This document shows, piece by piece, positions 36,834 to 46,570 of a stretch of DNA of 56,079 nucleotides (positions are counted from its first letter, which is position 1; each line of letters begins with the position of its first letter). Under the pieces are notes generated by a model. That model had not been told where the DNA came from, ran no database searches, and saw only the letters and a list, made by a program, of their open reading frames with translations. The position numbers were made by a program, and so were the translations under genes. The DNA lies in IMG/VR virus record IMGVR_UViG_3300044953_000549, positions 1 through 56,079 of that record; one strand, given 5' to 3'. This DNA comes from a virus (taxonomy: Duplodnaviria > Caudoviricetes).

Positions 36834-37408
36834 TGAAAGAATATATAGCAATTCATATAGGGAATTTAACCATTGAATTACAAAATGAGGTAGTTAAGGT
36901 TAATGATACTATAGTAGAATTATTTGTTCTTGAATATAAAATATTATCTTTACTAAGTAGAGCTGATATAAACTGCTGGATATCAATAGAAGATATAAAA
37001 GAAAAACTTGATCATGCTAATATTTCTATTTGTATATCTAATTTACAGAAGAAACTAAGTAAACATAAAAGTACGGTTAATATTATAGAATCTTTGACAG
37101 GTGAATACGTTAAGCTTGGTTCTTATGTTCTGGATTATGAATCTGCGTGTAAAATAGAAATAACTGAATTTGATAAAAGTTCTAAGGAAACACAAAAGAA
37201 AGAAGAACTTATAGATGAGTTAAGATATCAAATAAGAAGAGATATGGAAGACTTTAAACTTCTCTGTTCCCGTATACCTGATATAGACGGTGAGGAATAC
37301 AACCGAATATTTGGTGATGAAGAGTGTTATAGTTTTTTTAGAACCTATTTAATGAATAAGATAGAAGATAACATAGAAAAATTAAGAGGATTAGTAGATG
37401 TTAGATAA
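36833..37408 (+). CDS. OmpR/PhoB-type winged-helix protein lacking a receiver domain
   Basis: IGNLTIELQNEVVKVNDTIVELFVLEYKILSLL...ICISNLQKKL...IES. Confidence 0.65.
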   Translation: MKEYIAIHIGNLTIELQNEVVKVNDTIVELFVLEYKILSLLSRADINCWISIEDIKEKLDHANISICISNLQKKLSKHKSTVNIIESLTGEYVKLGSYVLDYESACKIEITEFDKSSKETQKKEELIDELRYQIRRDMEDFKLLCSRIPDIDGEEYNRIFGDEECYSFFRTYLMNKIEDNIEKLRGLVDVR

Positions 37409-37628
37409 AATTTACGATATTTTAGGTTCTATATTTCTTATATTCGCTGCACCTTTTCTTATTATTGGGTTTGTTTTTATATTTGTAAGTAAGTGTATCT
37501 TAAGATCAACATATCTTTGGTATTATATAGTTATCCCTTATATTAAATATATTGTAATTACAAACGATAAGGAATCTTGGGATAGATCGGTAAGAGAACG
37601 TATACATAATAAAAAATATTATGAATGA
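37398..37628 (+). CDS. small membrane protein
   Basis: Hydrophobic N-terminal half. Confidence 0.55.
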   Translation: MLDKIYDILGSIFLIFAAPFLIIGFVFIFVSKCILRSTYLWYYIVIPYIKYIVITNDKESWDRSVRERIHNKKYYE

Positions 37629-37950
37629 TAAAGAATTAGAAAAATTACAGAACGATTTTGCTAAATTGATTCGTAAATATAAATTACAGGATACACTTAT
37701 TATTAGTAATAAGGGGTATATAAAACCTGTAGAATATAGTGAAAATCAAATATTAGATTGTGTATTTGCTGCTTTAGAGAATATATTAACTGATATAACA
37801 ATTAGACTTACTTATAATAGTTCATATGATGATTTTAATGTTGAATATGATAGATTAATGCAAACATTAGATAATCTTCTTATTAGACTAAAACAAAGAA
37901 TTAAACATAGAATAGAGGAGGTAGAAGACAAAAATATTAAATATAATTAA
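37621..37950 (+). CDS. hypothetical protein
   Basis: Coupled ORF. Confidence 0.6.
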   Translation: MNDKELEKLQNDFAKLIRKYKLQDTLIISNKGYIKPVEYSENQILDCVFAALENILTDITIRLTYNSSYDDFNVEYDRLMQTLDNLLIRLKQRIKHRIEEVEDKNIKYN

Positions 37951-37998
37951 ACAGAACTGAACAATCGAATTTAATTAATTTTTAAAAAGGTAAATAAT

Positions 37999-38244
37999 AT
38001 GGAAAATAAAGATTATAATAATGATTTTGATATATCTGAATTTAAACATACAATAGAGAGTATACAAATTGATATACAAGACGCAAAGAATGAAATATTA
38101 AATTGTGTAAAAGATGAGATATGGGTTGTATATCAAGAAATATATAATGAAATACACGACACTAAAATATCTTTTATATGTGAACTTATTATAATTTCTT
38201 ATGGTGTCTATGGTTTGATAAAAATCTATAAATATTTTTTCTAA
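37999..38244 (+). CDS. coiled-coil protein with C-terminal TM
   Basis: GAACAATC...AAGGTAAA leader; hydrophobic tail. Confidence 0.6.
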   Translation: MENKDYNNDFDISEFKHTIESIQIDIQDAKNEILNCVKDEIWVVYQEIYNEIHDTKISFICELIIISYGVYGLIKIYKYFF

Positions 38245-38299
38245 TAAACACTAAACAATTAAAAATAATTAAAAACAATTAAATTAAAGGTAAAATAGA

Positions 38300-38917
38300 A
38301 TGAATAAGATATTTCAATCTTTGATTGATAATTGGTATATAATTACACCAATTATTATATGTATGATAACATCAATATTTTTTGAGGTTTCTATTATAAC
38401 ATTCATAATAAATATAACAAGTTTTTCAATATTTTTACTTATTCCTTATTATAAGATTATATATAAAATAATATTAAAGGAAATAAAAGATACAATACAA
38501 TGGTTAATAGATTTTTATATTTCACTTATAAGTATGCCAGGAAAAATATTTAATGTAATACAAGAATTAAGATCTGTTGAGATAACTGAAGAAGATATTA
38601 AAATAATAGGAAATGTTATATCTAAAACAATAAAAAATATATTATGGATTTTCACTAAATATTTTTTATGGATATTTTTAATATTATCAGTAACTGTCGG
38701 TATGTTTCATAGTGTACTTGGTTTTGCGTATTTGAAAATTATTGCAAGTTATATATATGGAATAATAGGTATGCCGCTATTTATAATACTAGCTGTAATA
38801 AGTGTATTATCTGGGTTTATACTTGGTATATGGTATCTATGTTTATTCGCTGCCATAATATATGGTATGATTATTGTTATTACAGCGTTAATAGTAATAT
38901 TATCTCATATATTTTAA
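38300..38917 (+). CDS. multi-pass membrane protein
   Basis: Several long hydrophobic segments; shared leader. Confidence 0.7.
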   Translation: MNKIFQSLIDNWYIITPIIICMITSIFFEVSIITFIINITSFSIFLLIPYYKIIYKIILKEIKDTIQWLIDFYISLISMPGKIFNVIQELRSVEITEEDIKIIGNVISKTIKNILWIFTKYFLWIFLILSVTVGMFHSVLGFAYLKIIASYIYGIIGMPLFIILAVISVLSGFILGIWYLCLFAAIIYGMIIVITALIVILSHIF

Positions 38918-40884
38918 TTGTTAATTTTTTCCGATTTTTTATTTTTTATATCATTAGTAACAATAGGATAAATATTTTTAGTTCTTTTATACACTGGGTT
39001 ATAGTTGAAAGGTATTTTAGGTTTTTTATTTTTTAATGTATCTATTGTATCTTTCAATAATTTGTCATTATTTACCACTGTTTTATATAATATAGATGGT
39101 AAAGCTAATTTAATTGAACCCCATAAAGAAGGTTTAGATGCGAATGAACCTAAAGATATTAAATTAGCTCCTGTTGTTGCTGATCCTGAAGGATTAGGGT
39201 TACTTTTGTTGCTTTTAAATATTGCATCACTAATAATACCTAAATCCTCCAGATTTTGATCTAATTTTTCTTTTGTTGTTTTAGGTTTATTTTTGTATGT
39301 ATGTTGAATTTTTTTAATCTTTTTCGGTGTATTTAAAGTTCTTGATAACATTGCGGGTTGATAATTAAACATATCATAATTAAAACCACCATTAATTAAA
39401 GAATTTTCAAAATTCTCTCTAGCTGCAACATTCGCAAAAAATTTATCTGCATCTTTTAAAGAAGCGTGCCAATCTGGATATCTTTCACCTAAAGTGTCTA
39501 AATCTTTTCTATAACCTACCCCGAATTTTTTAGCATTATTTCTTATATTACTATTAGGATTATTATAATTTATCAAAGAATCATTATCATTAAGACTTAT
39601 TTTTGTTTCAAGAATACGTTTAGCATCAATCGGTTGTATAGGAGGTGTATATCCTTCTATTCTTTTACCTTCTATAAAAGCTCCTGGTGCTAATTGATCT
39701 AATATTTCTTGTCTGTAATTCATTACAGCTGTTTCATTAGGAGAAGGTGAAAGACTTGTAGTATTAAATCCTTCCTGTAAAGATTTAACAGAATGTTCAG
39801 GTAGTATCATCCTATCTTCAGGATTTTCTGGGAACAATTCTCTTGTTTTTGCGTATTTCGTATCTATTAATTTCTCTACTTCTTTAGTTTTCTGTGGTCC
39901 AACTAATTTTAAATTTTCGTCTATTACTTCTTTTATTTTTTCACCTATATTTCTATTATGTAGAACATATGAATCACTACTAAGAGGATTTTTAGCTACC
40001 ATATTATTTACAGTAGCAATACCTCCACTAGGATTAAGTTCAGAGAAATTTAATTTTAAACCCAATCTTTCAGCAGCATTAGCAGCTTTCATATTAAAAT
40101 TATTTTTATTTATTTTAAATAAACCTCTAGCTGTTTTATATCCAACATTTTTAAGATTTTTTGGGATATTATATAAATGTTGTGGGGTACGTAATAATGT
40201 AGGAGTAAGAGCAACACTAGATAAATCTGCTAATAACGGATTTATTTCACCTTCCTGTAATACCCCAGAACCAGCACCTACTAAAGAATTTTCAATAAAT
40301 GGGTTATTAATAGCTTTAGTATAATCCTTATTTACATAAGATAAACCTTTTCTAGGGTAATCTATACCATATCTTTTAGCTGTAGCCCAAAACCCTTTAG
40401 GTATTTCTTTTGGTATAGTGTAAATAGCTTTTGAGAAAGTAACTGGGGTTGAAACTCCCGGTAGCGGAACACTAGCTGCCGCTCCTCCAAATTCTCCTGC
40501 TTTATATAAAATATTACCTAAACTATCATTTTCATCCGGTCTTGTATTATATAAAGAATCCAAACCTTTTTCTGCTGCTTCTGCTCCGGCAATTGCAGAA
40601 GCGGGTAGAATTGGTGCAACTACTTCGGGGGCAACCTCCATAACACCCGCTCCGAATGAGTCGGCCGCCTCCATTAAATTACCACCAGTAAATCCAGATA
40701 AAACACCTAATCCAAATTGTTTTAATCTCTGTTTTGCTGTATATAAATCTTGTTCTATAGATGCACGTTCAAAATTATCATCTTCGATATTATCATCTAT
40801 ATAGTTATCTTTTATAACATATCGAGATAAATCAAATTCTTCTGGATCTTGTATCTTATATTTAGATAAATCAAATTCATTCAT
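38914..40884 (-). CDS. DNA ejection / internal virion protein (putative)
   Basis: FDLSKY repeats at the N-terminus, Gly/Ala-rich segments, NPSGSA near the C-terminus, as in P22-like ejection proteins. Confidence 0.6.
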   Translation of the reverse strand: MNEFDLSKYKIQDPEEFDLSRYVIKDNYIDDNIEDDNFERASIEQDLYTAKQRLKQFGLGVLSGFTGGNLMEAADSFGAGVMEVAPEVVAPILPASAIAGAEAAEKGLDSLYNTRPDENDSLGNILYKAGEFGGAAASVPLPGVSTPVTFSKAIYTIPKEIPKGFWATAKRYGIDYPRKGLSYVNKDYTKAINNPFIENSLVGAGSGVLQEGEINPLLADLSSVALTPTLLRTPQHLYNIPKNLKNVGYKTARGLFKINKNNFNMKAANAAERLGLKLNFSELNPSGGIATVNNMVAKNPLSSDSYVLHNRNIGEKIKEVIDENLKLVGPQKTKEVEKLIDTKYAKTRELFPENPEDRMILPEHSVKSLQEGFNTTSLSPSPNETAVMNYRQEILDQLAPGAFIEGKRIEGYTPPIQPIDAKRILETKISLNDNDSLINYNNPNSNIRNNAKKFGVGYRKDLDTLGERYPDWHASLKDADKFFANVAARENFENSLINGGFNYDMFNYQPAMLSRTLNTPKKIKKIQHTYKNKPKTTKEKLDQNLEDLGIISDAIFKSNKSNPNPSGSATTGANLISLGSFASKPSLWGSIKLALPSILYKTVVNNDKLLKDTIDTLKNKKPKIPFNYNPVYKRTKNIYPIVTNDIKNKKSEKINN

Positions 40885-40885
40885 C

Positions 40886-42046
40886 CTATTGCACTCTTGC
40901 TCTTTTTAAACTAGGTTTAGCTCTTATGGCTAATTCTTCTTCTTCAATAGGCACATTATAATAATTTCCTGTTTCAGGATCATATAATTTAATATAACCA
41001 TTATTCAAATTACTGGAGTTATTTGTATTATTAGAATTATTTAATTTACCATCAAAACTATTACGGCTTAACATACCAGATACATCTATAGTTGGGTCTG
41101 CAAGATAGTTTGTTTGTTTTAACTTTTTTGTATAATCGTTATATCTTTGTATATTTTTTAGTGCGTTATTTCTATCTCTTTTTAAAATTTTTATAGCTGC
41201 ATTATAATCTTTATCAGAAGTAGGTGCTGTTTGCATTATAGCTTTAAATTCAAAAGTTGAGGGGTTACTGCCACCACCTTGTTTTACTCGACCTAAATAT
41301 GCTGCTTCAGCTGCTTTAATTAAATCTAATTCTTCAGTATCCCCTATATATGAAGCCCATTTTCTATTAAATCTTTTACCTAAACTTGAACCTATATATC
41401 CTTCTTCTTTTGCTTTATTAAAAACATCTTCGATATCATTTAATGTTTCCACTAGAGCAATATTTTCTAATATTTCTTTATTATCTTTTTCTAGTTTTTT
41501 TAAATTTGAATTTCTTATATCTTTATTATGTGGAGATTCTTTTGTAGAAACCGATAAATTTTTATTCTCAAGCAACCCTTGATGATACCTCTCCTGCTCC
41601 AGTAACTTCTCGTACTCAAGTCCTAGTTGTTTATCTTTAAAATAAGCATCAAAAGCATCCTTGTCTTGCTCTCTTAATCTTTTTATCTCCGAGTCTCTGA
41701 GTTTTTTAGCAACCTCAAGTACTTCCTTCATATCATGCTGTATTTTTTCTCCTTCTGCTTCATACCCTTCTAGCCCCGCTGATATAGCAGGCCCGAGAGA
41801 TGCAACCTTACCGAGAGTCCCGTCTCTTTCTCTAAATCTTGGATCGCCGTATTGTTTGTTTAAAGCATCCGAGAACATGTGAAGACCTTTACGTATTGCT
41901 CTATGTTCCTGATCAGTATTAAGTGCCAAGGATTTCTTGGAGGCTTCAATAGCTCTCATAACTCCTGCGTCAAAAGGATTCTTTGCATCTACTTCGTTTT
42001 CTATTTCCCTTCTCCTGTTATCAAGAGCATCAATGTAACGTTTCAT
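40886..42046 (-). CDS. internal virion / ejection protein (putative)
   Basis: Helical; GGSNPSTFEFKAI...P motif; adjacent to the 656-aa ejection gene. Confidence 0.55.
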   Translation of the reverse strand: MKRYIDALDNRRREIENEVDAKNPFDAGVMRAIEASKKSLALNTDQEHRAIRKGLHMFSDALNKQYGDPRFRERDGTLGKVASLGPAISAGLEGYEAEGEKIQHDMKEVLEVAKKLRDSEIKRLREQDKDAFDAYFKDKQLGLEYEKLLEQERYHQGLLENKNLSVSTKESPHNKDIRNSNLKKLEKDNKEILENIALVETLNDIEDVFNKAKEEGYIGSSLGKRFNRKWASYIGDTEELDLIKAAEAAYLGRVKQGGGSNPSTFEFKAIMQTAPTSDKDYNAAIKILKRDRNNALKNIQRYNDYTKKLKQTNYLADPTIDVSGMLSRNSFDGKLNNSNNTNNSSNLNNGYIKLYDPETGNYYNVPIEEEELAIRAKPSLKRARVQ

Positions 42047-42112
42047 AAGATAAATATTTGCTTATGTTAATAATTGATATTATAATTCATTTAATAATAA
42101 TAGTTAAGTGTT

Positions 42113-42796
42113 ATGTCGATATTCAAGGAATACAATTACCTCGCAGCTAGTAACAATAATATAACTAGTTTGACCTCTTATGCTGCTGCGGCTAATTCAA
42201 TTATAAGTTTTAATGGTATACTCGGTGATACAAAAATAGATTTTAATAATAAATATACTTTTGTTCCTAGAATAACTTTTACTTCCGGTGCTGATAGATC
42301 TAACATTACTTTTACTCTAAGAGGATATCAGAATGGTATTTATATCGAAGAACTATTAGTTGGCCCAAACGTTGCTACTGTTACAAGTGTTAATGCTTTC
42401 GATCTATTAGAAAATATTACTTATACTACAAATGGCGGTGTACCTCCTATTCCCGGATCTAACTTTGTTTCTGTTGGTACATCAGGAGTTGGATATTTTC
42501 CGTTAATAAGATTAAATACCTTAAAACAAAATGTTACAAATCTTAATTATGCTTTAAATATGATGGTAGCTGCTAATAACCCCGCTACCTATCAAGTATT
42601 CTTATCCTTAAAAGATAGTTATAATCAAGGAACATACGATAGCTTAACAACAGCAAACAATAACTTCATAGCTCCAGCAGCTGCAAGTAACGTATCAGCT
42701 TTACTTAACTACACACAACTAGCATCTAATATATTAATTAAAGTAACACCTAACAATAACGGAACAGCATTAAAAGCCCAGTTCATGCAACTATAA
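42113..42796 (+). CDS. virion structural protein (putative)
   Basis: PRITFTSGAD.SNITFT..G......EELL.GPN..TVTS motif; beta-rich. Confidence 0.55.
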   Translation: MSIFKEYNYLAASNNNITSLTSYAAAANSIISFNGILGDTKIDFNNKYTFVPRITFTSGADRSNITFTLRGYQNGIYIEELLVGPNVATVTSVNAFDLLENITYTTNGGVPPIPGSNFVSVGTSGVGYFPLIRLNTLKQNVTNLNYALNMMVAANNPATYQVFLSLKDSYNQGTYDSLTTANNNFIAPAAASNVSALLNYTQLASNILIKVTPNNNGTALKAQFMQL

Positions 42797-42811
42797 TCTA
42801 AAACCATAACA

Positions 42812-42859
42812 AAACCTCCATTATTTAGTATTAAAAAAAATATTAGATAATGGAGTTTT
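42812..42859 (+). terminator. long hairpin / terminator after 42113..42796
   Basis: CTCCATTATTTAGTATT / AATATTAGATAATGGAG followed by TTTT. Confidence 0.65.
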
Positions 42860-42863
42860 CAGA

Positions 42864-42898
42864 AATTTGTAGACAAATTAGTGTTATTTCTATATACT
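42864..42898 (+). promoter_or_regulatory. promoter of small RNA C, overlapped by the AATTTGTAGACAAATT palindrome
   Basis: TAGACA-17-TATACT. Confidence 0.65.
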
Positions 42899-42900
42899 AA

Positions 42901-43017
42901 GTTTTGCTATGTCATCAGAATAGCAAACTATGTTAACATATTTTACCGTATGTTAATTGTTTTTGATTGTTCATTAAGTAGACGCTGCTTTAAATATTTA
43001 AGGTGGCGTTTATTTTT
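42901..43017 (+). ncRNA. predicted small RNA C, antisense to early-gene leaders
   Basis: Three stem-loops; terminator stem with four G-U pairs fixes the + strand; reverse complement matches the leaders at 26029, 27734, 38255 and others. Confidence 0.7.
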
Positions 43018-43098
43018 ATGAAGATAGATAAATAATAGATTTGTCAAGTTCGGAAAAATAATTCCGAGGTTAGTTTATTTAGAATTTAATAATTAAAC

Positions 43099-43473
43099 AT
43101 GAAAATTAAAACAAATCCAAAATATACTTCTAAATACGATAAAGTTGTTAAAAAGTATACTTTTGAAGAATTACAGAATTTACTCGATAATTGTCAATCC
43201 AAAACAGCTTTATGTTTAAGACTTAAGTTAAGTTTAAAATATCTTAATATGATAATTGAATTAAATGGATTGAAATATGTTAATAAGGATAGAGGGTTGC
43301 CTCCCGGATTTGTTCATAAACCAAAGAAAATAGATAAAGAAGAAACTATTAAAGTAAGATTAACTCAGGAAATGATCTCAGAAGATACAGCACTTGAAAG
43401 ATTTTATAAAGAACTTGAAGTTAAAAAGAAGAAAAGATTGATTAAAGATGTATTAGATCCTTATGGAGATTGA
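43099..43473 (+). CDS. basic HTH-like hypothetical protein
   Basis: SKTALCLRLKLSLKYLNMIIELNGL. Confidence 0.55.
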   Translation: MKIKTNPKYTSKYDKVVKKYTFEELQNLLDNCQSKTALCLRLKLSLKYLNMIIELNGLKYVNKDRGLPPGFVHKPKKIDKEETIKVRLTQEMISEDTALERFYKELEVKKKKRLIKDVLDPYGD

Positions 43474-43838
43474 TTTAAAAAATTAACTATGATTGTATTA
43501 TTTAAATTTTTTATATTATCTTTAATTTTAGGGTTATAATATAAACCTACAACTAATATGAAAATTATGAACTTTAAATTTAATCTTTGGTTAAATATAA
43601 CAGATTTTAAAATATATAACACTAGAGAGTAAAAGTAAACAGTAATGAGTATATATCTATCATTCTATTATATCTGTTGTATTAGATGTTTTGGGTTGTA
43701 TATCATTTGGTATAAAAAGATAAACTAAAGAACCTATTGTTTGAAATAATAAATAAAGTTGATTATTTTCAATATAAGTTAATCTAATAAAGAATAAGAT
43801 AAATATAATATCTCTTATATATTTAAGATATTTTTGCA

Positions 43839-44213
43839 TTATTTGTTGAGTTTTCGTTTAATGAAATTTTCAATAATTCCTTTACCTTTATGTTTTTTAG
43901 CGTTTTCACGTAAACTATCTTCATAATCAGTAAAAGCTTTTTCATATTTTTCTGAAAGATCTAATAACGCTGATTTTGGCTTTTCTTTCTTCTTAACTTT
44001 TTTAGAATCAATATAATCTTCTATATATTTTTTCATTTGAGGACTTACACTTTTACGCTCAGTTTCTTCATCCTCATCGTCTTCAGTATCTTCTACCTCA
44101 TTTTCGTCATCTTCATCTTTTTTCTTACCAAACATTTTTCTTAAATGTTTTGGTTGATTGAAGAGTAAATCAATATCAACTTCGTTTTTATTGAAAATAG
44201 ACTTTTTCTTCAT
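43839..44213 (-). CDS. charged low-complexity protein
   Basis: Acidic run DEDDENEVEDTEDDEDEE flanked by Lys clusters. Confidence 0.6.
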   Translation of the reverse strand: MKKKSIFNKNEVDIDLLFNQPKHLRKMFGKKKDEDDENEVEDTEDDEDEETERKSVSPQMKKYIEDYIDSKKVKKKEKPKSALLDLSEKYEKAFTDYEDSLRENAKKHKGKGIIENFIKRKLNK

Positions 44214-44288
44214 GTATTTAGATGAAAATTATTAAAACTTAATGTATTATAATATCAAATATTTATTATTTCAATAGCTAATTTAACA

Positions 44289-44960
44289 ATGAATTATAAT
44301 AGTTTAATTTTAGATATCCAACATTATATGATAAGGTATGATGATCAACCGTTTATAGACAAGATACCGGATCTTATACAACAAGGGATTATCAGGATTT
44401 ATAATAAAGCAAAAGATATTGGATTTGAAATAATTACAACACATAGAAATATTATTGCTGGTACATTAAATTTACCTATGCCGGATAATTGGTTAGAAAC
44501 TATATCAGTTCAGATGATTAATATTATAACAAGAGAAGTAACATTTTTACAACCGAGATCATACGAATTTTGTAGAACATATTGGCCGTATTATCAAAAT
44601 GTAACTAGAGCAAAACCAAAATATTACGCTCATCATGGACAGAATATTAATAATTTAAGAAACGCTGATCCTTATAGTAGAGAGATATATATGTTAGTTC
44701 CAGTTCCAGATATTACTTATGATTTTGATATTATATATCATGGTATACCCTTATTTAACATTAATAACCAAACAAATTTCCTAACTCAAAGATATCCAAG
44801 CCTTCTTCTTTCTTCTTGTCTTATTGAAGCAGCATTATTTCTGGATAATCAACCTAAACTTGCGGAATATAGGAATATGTTTAATGAGGAACTAGATACA
44901 ATCAATAAAATCAATAAAGATAGAAGTGCTGATAGAACTGTAATAAGAGAAAATAATTAA
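44289..44960 (+). CDS. tail adaptor / tubular protein A-like
   Basis: MNYNSL..DI..Y; PKYYA; PVPD..Y; NFL...YPSLLL..CLIEA. Confidence 0.75.
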   Translation: MNYNSLILDIQHYMIRYDDQPFIDKIPDLIQQGIIRIYNKAKDIGFEIITTHRNIIAGTLNLPMPDNWLETISVQMINIITREVTFLQPRSYEFCRTYWPYYQNVTRAKPKYYAHHGQNINNLRNADPYSREIYMLVPVPDITYDFDIIYHGIPLFNINNQTNFLTQRYPSLLLSSCLIEAALFLDNQPKLAEYRNMFNEELDTINKINKDRSADRTVIRENN

Positions 44961-46570
44961 TGCGTGTACCTCTTGTATATAAACCAGGAATTAAAAGAAA
45001 CGCCGGAGATTTCCAAGACGAATATTGTATAGACGGACAATGGGTAAGATTTGTTGGAGGTAAAATACGTAAGATGAAGGGTCAAAAGGAAATCCATCAA
45101 CCTATAGGGATTGAGCCGACATTTCTTGATATGTATTTTAACGGTACAAACCCGGTTCTGATATATACAACTATCAATCAGGTAAATCGTTGTATTTTAA
45201 ATAATGAACTATCAAATGTTACTAACGATAGACGAGTATTAGACGGTCTTGGTGGTGATACAACAAGAACTTGGCAAGCAGCAAAATTCATTATGAACGG
45301 AGTACCTTATATAGCCTTGTTATCTACTTTTAATGGTAATAATATGTTAAGCAATCAGAACGGCGTATTATTCTGGAAATCAATGACAGACGATAGTGCT
45401 GATTTTGTATCATATGAAGATAGGTTAATACCCGGAAACAATGAAAATATTGTATCCGGAGGGATAATATATTCATCACCTTGTTTGTATTTATATGGTA
45501 ATAATGGTACTATACTTAGAAGCAAAACAAGTAATCCTCTGGATTTCGATGAAACAGGAGAGAATTCAGATGCTGATTCCTTCAGTATATCCGAAAATAA
45601 ATTATTGTTCGGTGCATCAATTAGAGGCGGTACTAATACCCCTACTTTTCTTTTCTGGACTCAGAACTCCGTTATATATCTAACAAACGTTGCCGATGGT
45701 ACTAATCCAAGAAACCCTATTGAATTCCATAAAGAGGTAATAACAACAAATTCTTCTGTTATGTCCCCTAAATCAATTGTTCAACATGATAGCCTTTTTT
45801 TCTGGCTTGGTACTAATAGGGCTTTTGTTTATAACGGAATTGTTGAACCGATAAAAAATGATGTTAATTTCGAATGGTTTCTGGAAAATGTTGACTTAAA
45901 TAAAAGACAGAAGATTTACGGATACAAGGTAGATAGATACGGAGAAATTAGGTGGGCCTATCCTGAAATTAGATATAAAGATAACCCTAATATAGGATGC
46001 ACAAGAGAGATTGTATATAATGTAAGGGAAAACAGCTGGTATGATACTACAATACAAAGAGATTGTATTACTGTTTATGAGGCAACAGGGGATATATTTA
46101 GTTATGGTGATAGTTGTACCAATTATCCTTATGTACCAGATAATGCCTATAAATCAATCTGGAAACATGAAACAGGTTTTTATGAAGTAAGAAGAGATAA
46201 TTCAGTACATAATATACCTTCATTTTTTACAACACCTTGGTTTGGATATATAGCTTTTCCTCCAGCTAAGGATGGTAAAGTAATGGATAAATATATTAAA
46301 ATAACCGAAATAGAACCAGATTTCCCTGCACCTGAAAATTATACAAGAAACAATGATGAATTACTTGTTGTCAGATCAGCAATGCTTAAATATGCAGGAG
46401 TACCTAAACAGGTTATAGTACCTTTGGAATTTAATTTGTATACACCAAATAATAGAGGTAAAATAGATATGAGAGTACAAGGAAGATTTGTAAATCTTAC
46501 TTTTGCTTGTGTTCATCCTTATACTGTCGGTAATATATTGATTAACTTTGAAATTGGGGACGGACAATGA
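44960..46570 (+). CDS. tail nozzle / stabilisation protein (tubular B, P22 gp10-like)
   Basis: KPGI; DGQWVRF..G..RKM.G; FFWLG...FVYNG; EIRWAYP; VYN..ENSWY; DMRVQGR. Confidence 0.75.
   Translation: MRVPLVYKPGIKRNAGDFQDEYCIDGQWVRFVGGKIRKMKGQKEIHQPIGIEPTFLDMYFNGTNPVLIYTTINQVNRCILNNELSNVTNDRRVLDGLGGDTTRTWQAAKFIMNGVPYIALLSTFNGNNMLSNQNGVLFWKSMTDDSADFVSYEDRLIPGNNENIVSGGIIYSSPCLYLYGNNGTILRSKTSNPLDFDETGENSDADSFSISENKLLFGASIRGGTNTPTFLFWTQNSVIYLTNVADGTNPRNPIEFHKEVITTNSSVMSPKSIVQHDSLFFWLGTNRAFVYNGIVEPIKNDVNFEWFLENVDLNKRQKIYGYKVDRYGEIRWAYPEIRYKDNPNIGCTREIVYNVRENSWYDTTIQRDCITVYEATGDIFSYGDSCTNYPYVPDNAYKSIWKHETGFYEVRRDNSVHNIPSFFTTPWFGYIAFPPAKDGKVMDKYIKITEIEPDFPAPENYTRNNDELLVVRSAMLKYAGVPKQVIVPLEFNLYTPNNRGKIDMRVQGRFVNLTFACVHPYTVGNILINFEIGDGQ

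Noticed and set aside
42928-42975. Minus-strand leader plus ATG TTA ACA TAG as a decayed early gene
   Set aside because: Only 3 codons; the promoter and the G-U-containing terminator both point to the + strand. It may be the evolutionary source of the antisense RNA but is not a gene
43480-43830. AT-rich gap as a further RNA gene or ORF
   Set aside because: No convincing stem-loops, repeats or ORF could be supported by eye
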